Position numbers and translations under genes: made by a program
Assembly: GCA_976551045.1 (NCBI GenBank)
Contig: CDPCPM010000285.1
Coordinates: forward strand, 1,364,001 to 1,428,000
Origin: Glaucostegus cemiculus
Taxonomy: Eukaryota
DNA: 64,000 nucleotides
Direction: 5' to 3'
Notes under the pieces: generated by a model
What the model was told of the DNA's origin: nothing
Seen by the model: the letters and a program-made list of their open reading frames with translations, nothing else
The model's database searches: none
Part shown: positions 52,109 through 64,000 of the stretch, piece after piece
Layout: each line of letters starts with the position of its first letter
Numbering within the stretch: the first letter of the stretch is position 1

Positions 52109-52900
52109 ACCAGCTGGACTTAAAACGTTCCCACATCAACTATGGGTTTACTTCCAAACAACCATTCCAATTTACTTTCCCCAGTTCCTGCCTAACACAG
52201 TTGTAATTAGCCCTCTTCCAATTTAACACTTTCCCCCAGGTTCCAGTCTTATCCGTAGGTACCTTAAAACTTACTAAGTTATGATCACTGTTCCCAAAAT
52301 GCTCTCCCAAAGAAACCCCAATCACCTGGCTGGCTCATTTCCTAATACAATATCCAGTATTGCCCCTTCCCTGGTTAGACCATCTACATAATATTTCAAG
52401 AAGCGCTCTTGGATGCACCTAACAAATTCTGCCCCATTTAAGCCACTGGCACAATTGGAGTCCCAATCAATTTTGGGGAAATCACAATTTCCCACTACAA
52501 CAACCCTGCTGCTATTACATGATCTGTCTGTATACCTGCTTGCTTTTGGGAAGCCTTCTATGTAACCCCATCTTAGTGATTGCACCTTTCCTATTCTTGA
52601 GCTCTACCTACATGGCCTCACCGAATGAGCACTCCATGATGCTGCCTGAGTGCAGCTGTGATATTGGTAGTGCAACTCCCCTACCTCCTTTATAGCCCTC
52701 TCTATCACATCTGAAACATGGAACGTTGAGCTGCCAGTCCTGTCCTTCTCTCAACCAAGTTTCTGTATTGGCCACAACATCATAGTTCCATGTACTAATC
52801 CAAGCTCTAAATTCATCTGCCTAACTCATAATACTCCTTGCACTGAAATAAATGTACTTCAGACCATCAGTCCCACCATGTTCATTAACCTGGTCCTGCC
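52108..52900 (-). mobile_element. CR1 endonuclease-region fragment
   Basis: DFPKIDW..TREGAILDIVLGNEP and SDHN motifs in ORFs 52322 and 52140. Confidence 0.8.
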
Positions 52901-52996
52901 TGTCTTCCTGTTAGATTTACTTGACCTTTAGCTGATAATTTAGTTGATAAAACTGAGAAAGGCAAATTAAAAAAAAAATGTTTATGCTTCTGTTAC

Positions 52997-53081
52997 CTTC
53001 TTCTTTGATGTAATAGATGAGATTGGAGGATTGAAGGTCATCGCTTTCATGCTGAACTCTTCAAAAAGCTCAGTAGCATGT
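52997..53081 (-). CDS. NOC3L: NOC3L coding exon: HATELFEEFSMKAMTFNPPISSITSKKK
   Basis: Matches human SATELFEAYSMAEMTFNPP; tag/gtaaca sites, phase 2-0. Confidence 0.93.
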
Positions 53082-53576
53082 CTAAATGAAAGAAATACAC
53101 TTAGCTCTGTTCACATTTTAAAATTTGGTCGACATATGACTCACAGCACAAAGAACAAATATGTAACAGCCACTATGCTGTCAGGGAAATCTAGAATTAT
53201 TTTGCAATCTATGAATTTATTTTGAAGTTAGTGTCATGTAGGCAAAAATGACAAACCATTTCCAAAATGCAAATGAATAATCTTTTGACATTACTGGTTG
53301 GGGAAGGCAAATTTCCGGCTTTAAAATCAGAGCAGATGAACTAACATGTTCAACTGAGCAGATAGATTTGATCCTGATTCAATGTCACAGCCAAAATTGA
53401 CACCCATCACAATGGTCCTCTGTATTATATGCAATGATATCTGGGTCTAGATGCATTTTTAGGAGACACTGCATAAAAATTGTCTTACCATCTTCAAGGA
53501 TTCATGAAGTAGAACAGGACAGAAATCAGTAACCTTGACATTAGTTTAACGTTATGCGAAGAGCAAAATTCCTTAC

Positions 53577-53674
53577 TTTCTGCTAAGTTCAGCTCTCAGG
53601 GCTCCAGAGCCTTCTGATGGTGCGCCCACACTAAGATGCGCTGCAAACCTTTGCACCACAGGATGAAAATGTCT
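53577..53674 (-). CDS. NOC3L: NOC3L coding exon: [32 protein letters not shown]
   Basis: Matches human [25 protein letters not shown]; cag/gtaagg sites. Confidence 0.96.
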
Positions 53675-54906
53675 CTGCAATTAAATAAGAAGTGCAGGGA
53701 AAACAGGGTGTTATGATGAGTCTTGATTCATGTTACAAGAAAAATGTTAAGACTAAGATTGTTTACTGATATTTTTTCCATTTTTGTACACCCAATCCAG
53801 TATTAATCCAAATCATGACATACTTAAATCAAAAGTTCTATCCATAAACTCTCAGATTATCACCATTCAAGCTTAAAGAATTTAACTGATGTGGAATTAA
53901 ACATGAATCATAAAATTATGTGATCAAGGTTGCTTAATTACGTTGTACTGTCAGTTGAGTTGACGGCCAGAACACTGTTACACGATTACCCAACAGCCTG
54001 CAGCCCCCACATTCACACCTGTCCCAGAGACTCCACAATGGCAGTCAGGGGCTGCATGGACAGGAGGCCCTATTGGTTGCCTCTTTTCCTTCCACACAAA
54101 TGGCAATCTTCTAACACTCCAAGCTTGTTACTTAAGATGCGACCCCTTAAAGAATTTGAAAACCCTCTATAATGCAAACGTACAGGAAACCTTATAATGA
54201 GCTATAACTGCTAACGGTCAGCTTCAGCCATTGCATAGAGTGTGCTGGTTGGAAGCGCTAAGAGAATTCCATGCCATTACACTTTAATTCTTTCATTGAT
54301 CCAGTGACCCTGAGATGTTTAGCTTGTTTTTCATCTTGAAGTTATCACCCAAATTTTGCAGTAACAGTGATGAATTCCATTTGCTGTACTGCAGAGGTCC
54401 AGCTGTACTTCCAGCAAAGAGTGAAACATTGTAGGCATGCACAGGGTGGCATACGTGCTTGCTATGTAAGTAGAGAATAGGCTAGAAACTATGGTTGGAG
54501 CTAGACAGGCACTGGAAAATTGCAAGTTTGAGAAGATTTAAAGGAAGTGGAATTAGATTAAAACCAATTTCTCTCTCTTCTCATATTCCCAAGCTTAAAC
54601 AATTACATGAGGATCTGGGTTGGTTTGCACTGGCCCTGTAGTGGGGCACGGTGGTATTGCTGTTGGTGGGAAGGAGGAGTTCTCCTTTTCTACTGCACAG
54701 TCTGGAGAAATACCTTTTACACGATTCATCTATGGAGGATTCAAGGGGAAATTTTACAGACTGTTTCTAAATGCCCCCACAGTGCCTTGTGGACCTATGT
54801 TTGTTCATGCATCCCCACGAAACAACATTGTGGACCACTGGTAAAGAAATACTTCACTTAGGTAAAAGCTGCATTTCAATGTACTTAAGTGCCTGATTAA
54901 AAATGC

Positions 54907-54992
54907 AAAACAAGCATACCTGGAGATAAAACAAGCATACCTGGAGATAAAACAAGCATACCTGGAGATAAAACAAGCATACCTGGAGATAA
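54907..54992 (-). repeat. NOC3L: Perfect 21-bp tandem repeat, 4 copies, spanning a NOC3L exon-intron junction
   Basis: Sense-strand unit TTATCTCCAG|GTATGCTTGTT; on the + strand AAAACAAGCATACCTGGAGAT starts at 54907, 54928, 54949 and 54970. Confidence 0.97.
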
Positions 54993-55111
54993 TGCAGCTC
55001 CCACAAGGCAGTGTTCTGTGCATTGCAGTATTCAGGTTCATCAAGCTCTGGCAGATAAAGTCCACTACCTTGAGATTCACTATCGAGCAAAATATCTGTC
55101 TTCGGAAATGA
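54983..55111 (-). CDS. NOC3L: NOC3L coding exon: [43 protein letters not shown]
   Basis: Near-identical to human [40 protein letters not shown]; alternative identical donors would end the exon at 54962, 54941 or 54920. Confidence 0.96.
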
Positions 55112-55868
55112 CTAGAAGATGATAAATTTTAAATAAGACAAGGTGTAACTTAATTCCTGCAAGGAAATAGCTACATTTAGTAATTAATATGCAATTTCAT
55201 TTCTGAATAAGTTCTCTGTTCCAGTATTATTCAGTTGATTCTTTGTGCACTTTTATTTAAGAAACTTGCTGTTCCAGCAAAGTGCAATATTTTTTACAGG
55301 TAAATGCCAGCACTGACTTTATCTGACATGGGCAAAGGCAACAGCACTAATAGGAAAACCTTCTATTATTCAAATTGTGTAATTCATGTAACTTATGAAT
55401 ATGCAAAACAAAACTTCCTGAAAGATTAGGCCTACAAAGAAAATACAGGTAACACACTCATTACTGGACAATACAAATAAGGTACAAATAACTGCAGCCA
55501 AATTAAGGATTCTACACTACCCTGAACAAGAAAAATAACATAACTATCCAGCAGTTTTAAAGAATGGGAAGAACCAGAGATCTCAGAGTTTAAAGGAGAA
55601 AATAAATACTGACCCAAAGAGGAAAATATTAGGGGTGGGGCAGTGGGTGGTTGACCAAAACCATGCTTGAAGGTTTAAGAAAGATCTTTAAAGAGCAAAT
55701 CAAGGAGATTTGGGTAAATCATCTCCAAAGTCTGTGGATATGCACCTGAAGGTATAGCTGCCCTGGTTGGATGAAAGCAGCACTGGGAGCATATTAAAAG
55801 ATGAAGCTCAGTGAGGTCAGGTTGATGGATCAGTGGTACTTAACTGAAAGCAGTATTTGGATCAATTG

Positions 55869-55910
55869 AAGCTTGTCAAGAGTGAAGGAAAGCTTGTCAA
55901 GAGTGAAGGA
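55869..55910. repeat. Perfect 21-bp tandem duplication (AAGCTTGTCAAGAGTGAAGGA, 2 copies), intronic
   Basis: Read directly from the sequence. Confidence 0.9.
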
Positions 55911-56077
55911 CAAGAGACCAGCTAGGACAGCATTCATCCAGCTATCTGGTCTGTCAAAAACTTGGCAATGTGAGCAGAAGATGGGCTGAAGTATTAAAAA
56001 GAGGTGGATATAGGAACAGAAGCTCAGTTCTGACATAAATGGAAATAGCCAGGTTCTCCTAGAAAGAGTGCACTTAC

Positions 56078-56259
56078 ATTCATTAATACTCTGTTAGCTG
56101 CCAAGATACCAATGGCAGAATTGGGTAGAACGTTAAGAGCCAGAGTAGTCAGACGTTTAATATAAGCCAATGCACGTTGCAGAGAAACTTGCTTCCTGCG
56201 TTTTGTCAGCATCACATCTAGACACTGCAGCAGAATTAAAACTTCTTCATTTGTGTTTC
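56078..56259 (-). CDS. NOC3L: NOC3L coding exon: [37 protein letters not shown]...
   Basis: Matches the human CBF/Mak21 region; cag/gtaagt sites. Confidence 0.97.
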
Positions 56260-56545
56260 CTGAAAAACAGAACCAATAATGTTCAAGTTACACTAATGAT
56301 TAGAAGAAACGGCAAATTGTCCATTTGGCAAGAAAAATTAAAACATTTTTAAATGATTAAAAATGGGCTTCAGTCACCAAGTTAAATTAAGATTTATGGA
56401 CTGTTTTACATCATACTTCTCTTGCAGGGTCGGCAACAGAGAAAAACTGTTTGAGAGCTAACTATATTACCTGATCAAATCCAACTTTACTATGTTAACA
56501 CATTAATGCCAAAAAATCTAAGAGAAACATTTTTAACTTACTTAC

Positions 56546-56617
56546 CAGCATGTAATGCAAACAACATTTTGTAAAGGTGAGTGTAGAATTTCATAGGGTC
56601 AATGTTCAGCACATCAC
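56546..56617 (-). CDS. NOC3L: NOC3L coding exon: [24 protein letters not shown]
   Basis: Matches human [17 protein letters not shown]; cag/gtaagt sites. Confidence 0.96.
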
Positions 56618-56791
56618 CTGAAGTGCAAAATAGCAAGTTAAACTATGTAGACTTGGAATTGCTATTAAATTATGAATAGCTTTGAGGAGGTGAAAACTGC
56701 AAGGATAAAATGTACTTGTGAAATACAGGAGCAAGGACCTCCTTCATAGTTCCATAATACAACTAAAGATCCGCTTGTAAATGCAGCCTAC

Positions 56792-56855
56792 CTTGACCAG
56801 AAAGAATGTGAAAGGCAGCTTGAATGCAGTGAAGGCGCTCTCTGTAACTAAGGCT
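56792..56855 (-). CDS. NOC3L: NOC3L coding exon: SLSYRERLHCIQAAFHILSGQ
   Basis: Matches human LHCVQTAFHILSGQ; cag/gtaggc sites. Confidence 0.95.
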
Positions 56856-56957
56856 CTGTGGTGAAAAGAAATGTTTAGACTAAATATATACAGCAATCAA
56901 AACATTACCGATGTGGAGTAGAGAATCTCGCCGCTTAAATTCAAAACTTGCACTCAC

Positions 56958-57030
56958 CCCAGAGTCAATGAGAGAATATAGTACAACCAGAAGATCGTCA
57001 AAGAATTCCACATTAATGAGATGAGCAAAT
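56958..57030 (-). CDS. NOC3L: NOC3L coding exon: [24 protein letters not shown]
   Basis: Conserved [14 protein letters not shown]; cag/gtgagt sites. Confidence 0.97.
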
Positions 57031-57201
57031 CTGAGAGAAAATATGTAAGGTTACATTCTATGTTTGTAAATAACACTTAAAAACAGACAATTTTAAGTGA
57101 ACACTAAAATCGAATTATACAACTTAAATGCTTAAGTTGGGGTACCAGATTAAACAAATAAATTGTCCACAAAATACACGCAATTAAAAGTACTCCCTTA
57201 C

Positions 57202-57302
57202 TTAGCAAGACCCTCCAGAACTGCTGGGAGAACAATAGATTTTTGTGCTTTCTTCAGGATTCTGAAGTATGTCAGAAAGACAATGTTGAGGATTTCAGTG
57301 TG
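57202..57302 (-). CDS. NOC3L: NOC3L coding exon: [33 protein letters not shown]
   Basis: Conserved [18 protein letters not shown]; cag/gtaagg sites. Confidence 0.97.
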
Positions 57303-57339
57303 CTGTCAATGAGATAGAAAATTCCATTAGTATGAATTA

Positions 57340-58160
57340 GGAACAGGAGTAGGCTACATGGTCCCTCAAATCTATTCTATAATTGAATAAAATCAAGGCT
57401 GAGCTGATTGTAACCTCAGCTTCATTTTCTGCCTACCCTGGTTAACTTCCTTTCCTTGCTTATAAAGAATCTATGTCTGCTTTACAAATATTCAAAGACT
57501 CTGCTTTCACCATACTTTGAGCAAAAGAGCTCCATAGTCTCACCACTCTCAAAGAATTTTCCCTCATCTTTATGTTAAATGGGCAACCCTTTAATTTTAA
57601 AACAGTGACTGCCTGGTTTTTGTTTCTCCCTATATCCATCCTGTCAAGATCCATCGGGATTTCATGTTTCAATCAAGTCGCCTCTCATTGAAAATCCGAA
57701 GGATGCAAACATAACCTGTCCATTCCTGGTAACAGTACAATGAACCCCTTTTCTGCTTTCATCACATTTATATCCTTCCTTAACACAGCTGTACAAAGTA
57801 CTACAGTTAAGACCCCACCATTGCTTCATATAATTCAAACATAAGATCGCTACTTTTATATTCAATTCCTCTCACAATAACTTTCTTGATTATTGCTGAT
57901 ACCTACGTACTTGCCGTTTTCAAATCATGCTCATGGATGCCCAGAACCCTCTGCATCTCAAAGCACTACAACCTTTCATCATTATTTGTGTGGATGGGCA
58001 AAAAAAGTCAGTGTGGACATGGTAGGCCAAAGGGCCTGTTTCTGTGCTAGGTAACTCAATAATCCATTTGCCTGATCTCTACCTATTAACTTAACCTATC
58101 CATATTCTTTTGTAGCCTCCTAATGACCTCTACATAACTTTCCTATTTACCTTTATTTTG
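57340..58160 (-). mobile_element. Degenerate CR1 3' part, with a short + strand CR1 tail at about 57985-58060
   Basis: AGGAACAGGAGTAGGC tail, MRGDLIET motif, GGCCAAAGGGCCTGTTTCTGTGCT. Confidence 0.7.
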
Positions 58161-59013
58161 GACTAATTAAAAATAAACTTGCACAGGAATTCAACATTAT
58201 ATAAATTAATAAAACAACCAAATATAACCACTATTGCTCAAATATACAAAGCAAATAACAAAGACTACACTTAGCAGATCACTAATCAATGAGACATGCT
58301 GCTAACTTGTGGTAATATACACACAAAAAACTTACATCAGGCAAGGGGACACCAGTCCGCAAAGCAAGCAACCTTATAAGTTGATGCTGTCTGCTAATGT
58401 TCTGATTAAACATTTGGCAAAGAACGATGCGCGCTTTCTGTACAACAGGCAAAATGCCATGCCAACAGCACACATTGAGGTGGTTATGTCAAATGAGATC
58501 CAAAAGGCAGTGATGATATGGTACATAAACTATGACACATTTGCAGATTGTCAACAGGCCAGCCAATGTACATCTTTAGTGGTCACTGAGCAAATAAAAA
58601 GTTCCAAAGGTGTATGACATTTAGCATTTTTTGTCTGCCAAAAATGCACATTCCATTTCTACTTATAGCTCACCCCTAATGTTTTACATTTTTTTCTTTC
58701 ACATCATCTCTTAACAGATCCAGCACAAACACTTCAACTTTAGTACAGTATTGTACAATCTGCATTCAGTCATTATTTTAATCACTTAAAATTATTTCAG
58801 CAGCTTTCTTCCCCCATCACAATGGCTGTCACGTAGTCAACAGAACTCTAACTGTGCCAGCTTTGTTTCAGTACCTTTTCAATCTATGGTAGATTTCATT
58901 TTCAGACCTGGTTGGATTGGAAATGTTGGTAAAGTACTTCCAAAAAAGACTACTTAGTAAATTAGATACTTTAGGCATGTTGCACCAAGGAGTGAAATAC
59001 AGAAACCACATAC

Positions 59014-59094
59014 CAATTTTAGTTTTTTGTCTTTACTTTCTGCAGCTTCTGTTTCTAGAAGTTCTTTCTCAAGTTTCTCCTCTGCTTTCTTCCA
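59014..59094 (-). CDS. NOC3L: NOC3L coding exon: WKKAEEKLEKELLETEAAESKDKKLKL
   Basis: Conserved coiled-coil segment; cag/gtatgt sites. Confidence 0.96.
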
Positions 59095-59225
59095 CTGAAA
59101 AACAGATTTTTAAATCAAACTGATGTATTTTCAGAATATTAGCAAAATCATTTCAACAGAGCAAGGGTTTTTTTTCCCCACTTTTGCCTGACGCTGCAGT
59201 GAGAATTAGACAATGGAGACATTAC

Positions 59226-59357
59226 CTTTCTCTGCATCCTGGACAGATTTTTTCTCTTCTCTTTACAAGTCAGAAATCTTTTTTTAGGGGCAATATCTTC
59301 TGAATCTTTTTTAACCTCCACTTCTTTAATCCGCAAAGTAAGGAATGCTTTCAGCAC
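59226..59357 (-). CDS. NOC3L: NOC3L coding exon: [26 protein letters not shown]...LSRMQRK
   Basis: Conserved [18 protein letters not shown]; cag/gtaatg sites. Confidence 0.96.
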
Positions 59358-60649
59358 CTGATAGCAAAGTAATAAATTAGCAGAATGCACCTGACTGGAA
59401 ATTCCAATGGCTATTGCATTATGAATAACCTAACAAATATCATAAAATAACCCACCTCAGATCAGAATCATGTAATCTTACAACACAAGCAGGTAATTTA
59501 TCCTAACATGCTGCAGGGAAAACCACCAAACAACTGCATAAATGAATTGGGCAAGATAAAATAGATTAATGAGGAATACTAAAGGATACATGGGAAGGCA
59601 AGTAGGTGGGTTGGCCGATAAAAGAGGACAGGTTCACACTGCCCAATATCAAATTTGCACACAAGCGCTCATAAGCAAACACAACTATTCATTTTTGTGT
59701 GCCAGTGATCAAGTCCACAAATATCAGAGCTGAGGCAAAATTACAGTGAACATTTCTAATGTTCACTGATGAAATTACAGAAGGTACAAAATAAAGATTA
59801 GAATGTTAATTTTATAACTCATGCATTAAAACTGTGATTAAGATGTCGAATTGTAAAAACTGAAAATGGTAATTGGCTAAAATCAACTACAAAATAATTT
59901 TTGAATATAATCTGATTGTCCTAACGTAAAAGATAGACAATTTGTTCTCATGGGTTCAGGATTATTTCTGTACTGAACAGTAAAACATTCACGTCATTGT
60001 TTGAATTAAGCTTTTAAAAAAGTTGGCAATGTTTTGTATCACAAGGTTTTAAAGGCAATTAGGTTACAACACAATTCTGTAAACTAACAAGATTCATAAT
60101 AAGGCTGAGGAGCCTACTCACAGCCCAACTAGCTCTCACAAGTGGATTTCAGGAATGACTATTCGGCACAGCTTTGTGGGCCGAAGGGCCTGAATTGTGC
60201 TGTAGGTATCTATGTTCTAACATATTTGACTTATTCGGCATCTGTAAATTTTGACTGTCCTCTCTGTAGGCCTGAATTGAGAAGACACTGCATTTGTGGA
60301 ACACAAAGGGTATAAAAATGGGAAAGTAAATTTAAGCAGTCTACAATGGGTCTATGCTACAGGACTCACAAAATGAACTAAAATTCACTGAATTTAGTTA
60401 TGATCAGATAGATCAGTTGAAGGGTAAAGAACTTGTTGTGTCACAGCAATACAAGAGAACTATGTCATAATGTGAACAGAATTTTAACAACAATGCCTAA
60501 TACAAAGATGCCAAAAAAATCTAAAAATTCAAGACAAGCTAGTCAATTCCCCATACAATGGATGGATGAGTTAATTTAATGGATTATAAGGATTCCACTT
60601 ATGTCTACTTCAAACCATAGGTTTGGCTAAACAGGGTCAAACATAGACA

Positions 60650-61130
60650 CACCGAAAGATAGAATATTGCAGCACAGTACAGGCCCTCCGGCCCACGATG
60701 TTGTGCTGACATTTTATCCTGCTCTAATATCTATCTAACCCTTCCCTCCCACATAGCCCTCCATTTTTCTGTCATTCATGTGGCTTTCTAAAATTGTCTT
60801 AAATGTCCCTAATGTATCTGCCCCCACCACCTCTGCCAGTAGTGTGGTGGGGGCAGATACATTAGGGACATTTAAGACACTTTTAGAAGTGTCTTAAATG
60901 TCATCACTGTGTAAAGAAAAACTCACCTCTTGACATCTCCCTTATACCTTCCTCCAATCACTTTAAAATGATGCCCCTCATGTTAGCCATTGTACCCCCT
61001 GGGAAAAAGTCTCTGACTGCCCACTCGATCTAAGCCTCATTATTTTGTACATCTCTATCTAGTCACCTCTCATCTTCCTTCACTCCAAACAGAAAAGCCC
61101 TAGCTCGCTCAACCTATCCTCATAAGACAT
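60650..61130 (-). mobile_element. CR1 3' end containing an internal inverted duplication
   Basis: Same subfamily as 14290-14605; hairpin at 60786-60888. Confidence 0.88.
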
Positions 61131-61377
61131 ATTGGATTTTATTTATAAATTAACACTCAAAGTTAAAACTATGTTTTACAGTCACAAGAAAATAGGTAAG
61201 ACAAAAACTTAAGATCTTTAGATTCAAATTGAATGTAATTCCTTCATATACTATTTTTGGCAACTCTATATAATTTCACTATATAAATCAACGTTTAATT
61301 TTTTTTAATGAACCTTTCTGTTTAGAGCACGATTGAAGTTTAAATTAAATTTTTTATAATTACATTTTTTTAAAATT

Positions 61378-61618
61378 AAATTTTATTTACAGCGTGGTAA
61401 CAGGCCCTCCCAGCCCAACGAGTCCGCACCGCCCATTTTAAACCCAAATTAACCTACCCGTACGTCTTTGGAACATGGGAGGAAACTGGAGCACCCAGAG
61501 GAAACTCACGCAGACACGGGAGAACATACAAACATCTTACAGACAGTAAGGGGAATCGAACCCTGATCGCTGGCACTGTGATAGCATCATGCTAACCACT
61601 ATGCTACCGTGCCACCCC
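61378..61618 (-). mobile_element. tRNA-derived V-SINE-type SINE with a CR1-type tail
   Basis: Same family as 21110-21360 (A and B boxes; tail GGGCCTGTTACCACGCTGTAAATAAAA). Confidence 0.9.
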
Positions 61619-61740
61619 AAATGCACTACACTCAAATGTACCACATGAAATAATACCAATCTAGACCTTTAGAATGGCAGAACTGGTAGGCTTTCTTAAA
61701 ATAATTTCAACTTATAATGACTGAACTTATTAGAACTTAC

Positions 61741-61869
61741 CTCAGGTCTGAGCTCATAGCTTCTGCTTTTGACAAGACCAGAAATTATTTTGACCAAACA
61801 AAGTGAAGCTTGGCCAATTTTGTCCTGCTTAAAAAGAGTTTCCACAGCTTCACAACACATCCGTGAAAC
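61741..61869 (-). CDS. NOC3L: NOC3L coding exon: [43 protein letters not shown] (gene continues beyond the window end)
   Basis: Matches human [20 protein letters not shown]; tag/gtaagt sites. Confidence 0.96.
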
Positions 61870-62351
61870 CTAAAGGGATACAACTATTAAACATGAGAAC
61901 ATAACAACAGTGTATCATCAAAAAAAAAACTCAGTAGAATCACATTATTTTACAACACAAACAGAGCTGTCCTATCTTTGTGCAGGAGGGTGCATGGTTC
62001 TTTTTCCTATATTCTTGAAAAAAAAGATCACTTTAAATATTTTTTCACTTTCATTTTGGAAGCTATAACAAGTATCCAATTTTCAACAGTAATTCCAGTA
62101 GAACATATTATTTCATGATACGGTGTTTTGAAATTATCTGATCTTCCTGACATTTGGATGTTGGTCTTAGAAATATGCCTCTAGTTATCAACTTGTAGAA
62201 GTTCTTCCTCCTTTACCCAGATTAGTGGTAGTAATCTAGCCTATGAATTAAAAGGTTGAAGGTTCAATCTTCATAAATTCCAGACTGATGCTCTGATGTG
62301 ACACCACTGGAGTCATCAGTGGAATGATATATGTTAAAAAGTGTTAAAAAT

Positions 62352-63420
62352 CCATCACACTGAGCACTGGCTCCCCTCAGGGTTGTGTGCTCAGCCTGCT
62401 CCTGTTCACCTTGTTGACTTACGACTGCGTGACCAGATCCAGCTCCAACCACATTGTTAAATTCGCTGATGACATGACAGTGGTGGGTCTCGTCATGAAC
62501 AACGATGAGACGGACTATAGAGAAGAGGTGAGGCAACTGGCCATGTGGTGCAGCAACAACAACCTCTCCCTGAATGTGAAAAAAACCAAGGAGATGGTAG
62601 TGGCTTTCAGGAGACGTCACCGTGTGCACGCCCCGCTGACCATCAACAGGTCTGCGGTGGAACAAGTCAGCAGCACCAAGTTCCTGGGGGTGCACATCGC
62701 TGATGACCTGACCTGGTCCATTAACACCACAGTCCTCACTAAGAAAGCCCAGAAACGCCTCTACTTCCTGCGGAGACTGAGGAAAGTGAACTCCCATCCT
62801 TCGGTAATGAAAACTTTTTATAGAGGGACCATCGAGAGCATCCTAACACACTGCATCACTATCTGGTTTGGGAGCTGCTCAGCTGCTGGTCAGAAGTCCC
62901 TCCAGAGTATAGTGAGAGCGGCGGAGGAGATCATAGGTGTCTCTCTACCCTCTATTGCAGATATATACAAGGATCGATGTGTTAGAAAGGCCACAAATAT
63001 AATGTCAGACCCTTCTCACCCCTCCTACCATCTCTTCACACTCTCGCCGTCTGGAAGAAGGCTCCAGTGCATCCAGGCAAGGACAACTAGACTGTGCAAT
63101 AGCTTCTTCCCACAAGCTATCAGAACTGTGAACTCCCTCATCCCTTCTGCCAACACTAAAGGTTGCTAGGCGTACAGAAACGCACCAGCACTTTAAATAT
63201 CTGCTGCCAGTATGTGCACTTTAAGATTATTTATTTAAGTCGTATAATTTAATTTTGTGGTTCTAATGTTTTTAGTGTCTCTCTGTCTTGGTGTTTCTCA
63301 GTGTCCGTTTCTTTTTTTTTTAATGTGACGAGCACCTTGACCTGTGGAGTACGGTATTTCGCTCCTATGCATACTGTATGTGTATATGGTAGTGACAATA
63401 AAACTGATTCTGATTATTCT
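62352..63420 (+). mobile_element. 5'-truncated Rex-Babar LINE (RT C-half and 3' UTR)
   Basis: TGSPQGCVLS upstream of ORF 62387-63169, which has LFTLLTYDC, KFADDMTVVGL, WCSNNNLSLNVKKTKE, KKAQKRLYFLRRL and DPSHP; tail GTGACAATAAAACTGATTCTGATT. Confidence 0.93.
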
Positions 63421-64000
63421 CAGGTGACAGTAAGAGATGGGTAGGGTAGTTTCTCTGGTCCCTATTTCTCTCTCTAGAAAGATTATTAAAACAGATCAGA
63501 TTAGATTGAGAGAAACTGTTCCCACACTGATGGAGCATTCAAGAACCTAGGACATAATAAAGATGATTGGCTAAAGAAGCAAAAAAAGTGGCATGAGGAA
63601 AATTTTTTTGATAAATAAAACAAACAATTTGTCTGGAGTTCAATGTCCCTACATTTTAGGGATAAAATTATGGTCATTACCCTTGCACAATCTCTTCCAG
63701 AATGCTGCAGGCAAACAATATATTGTGAAGGAATCTATTACCTATAGTATTCTACACATATTTTGAAATTATTTGCATAGTTATGAATGGAATGAAAATA
63801 AACAGGTGAATATAAGTATTTTATTCAAAATAATTGGATATCATAAAGGCTAAAGTTATGCAAAGTATTTAATGAAAATGAGATTGGCTTTCTACCAAAC
63901 ACTTCAAATCTTTCACTAACTGTATAAAGATGCGGTTTTCTCATTTGCCCTTCATAACTTTAATGATGGAACCTCCAGAACATCAAATAAAGTCACTTTC

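Noticed and set aside
54854-55090. 21-bp direct repeats as a CRISPR array, or the ORF with repeated YLQVCLF as a separate gene
   Set aside because: The units are contiguous with no spacers, and the ORF is a NOC3L exon reading through into the duplicated donor.
62264-62797. 177-aa minus-strand ORF
   Set aside because: Antisense shadow of the Rex-Babar RT frame; no NOC3L similarity.

Overview
Vertebrate nuclear DNA, most likely a cartilaginous fish. That taxon is inferred from the abundant CR1 LINEs, V-SINE-type tRNA SINEs and Penelope-type repeats. The window holds the 3' halves of two convergent genes in the same tail-to-tail order as in mammals. PLCE1 (phospholipase C epsilon 1, + strand) has 12 coding exons at 864-26868, covering the X-Y linker, Y box, C2, RA1 and RA2. 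It probably also has an intron just after the stop codon and a non-coding last exon at about 41008-44250. NOC3L (- strand) has 12 coding exons at 61869-45807. All exons join in frame at GT-AG sites. The introns are full of CR1 and Rex-Babar LINE fragments, SINEs, Penelope-type remnants and a decayed PIF/Harbinger transposase. I see no prokaryotic-type system. The most unusual signals are: (1) a perfect 4x21-bp duplication of a NOC3L splice donor, giving four identical in-frame donors that double as AG|GT junctions; (2) a hammerhead ribozyme in an inverted Penelope-type insertion whose second arm has the ribozyme replaced by a locally copied 72-bp segment; (3) a non-autonomous Rex-Babar-tailed element with a YY1-motif head and a GC-rich VNTR; (4) SINEs with the same head but tails resembling two different LINEs; (5) a template-switch hairpin inside a CR1 copy. 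All homology calls come from remembered protein and repeat motifs, not database searches. Repeat boundaries are approximate.
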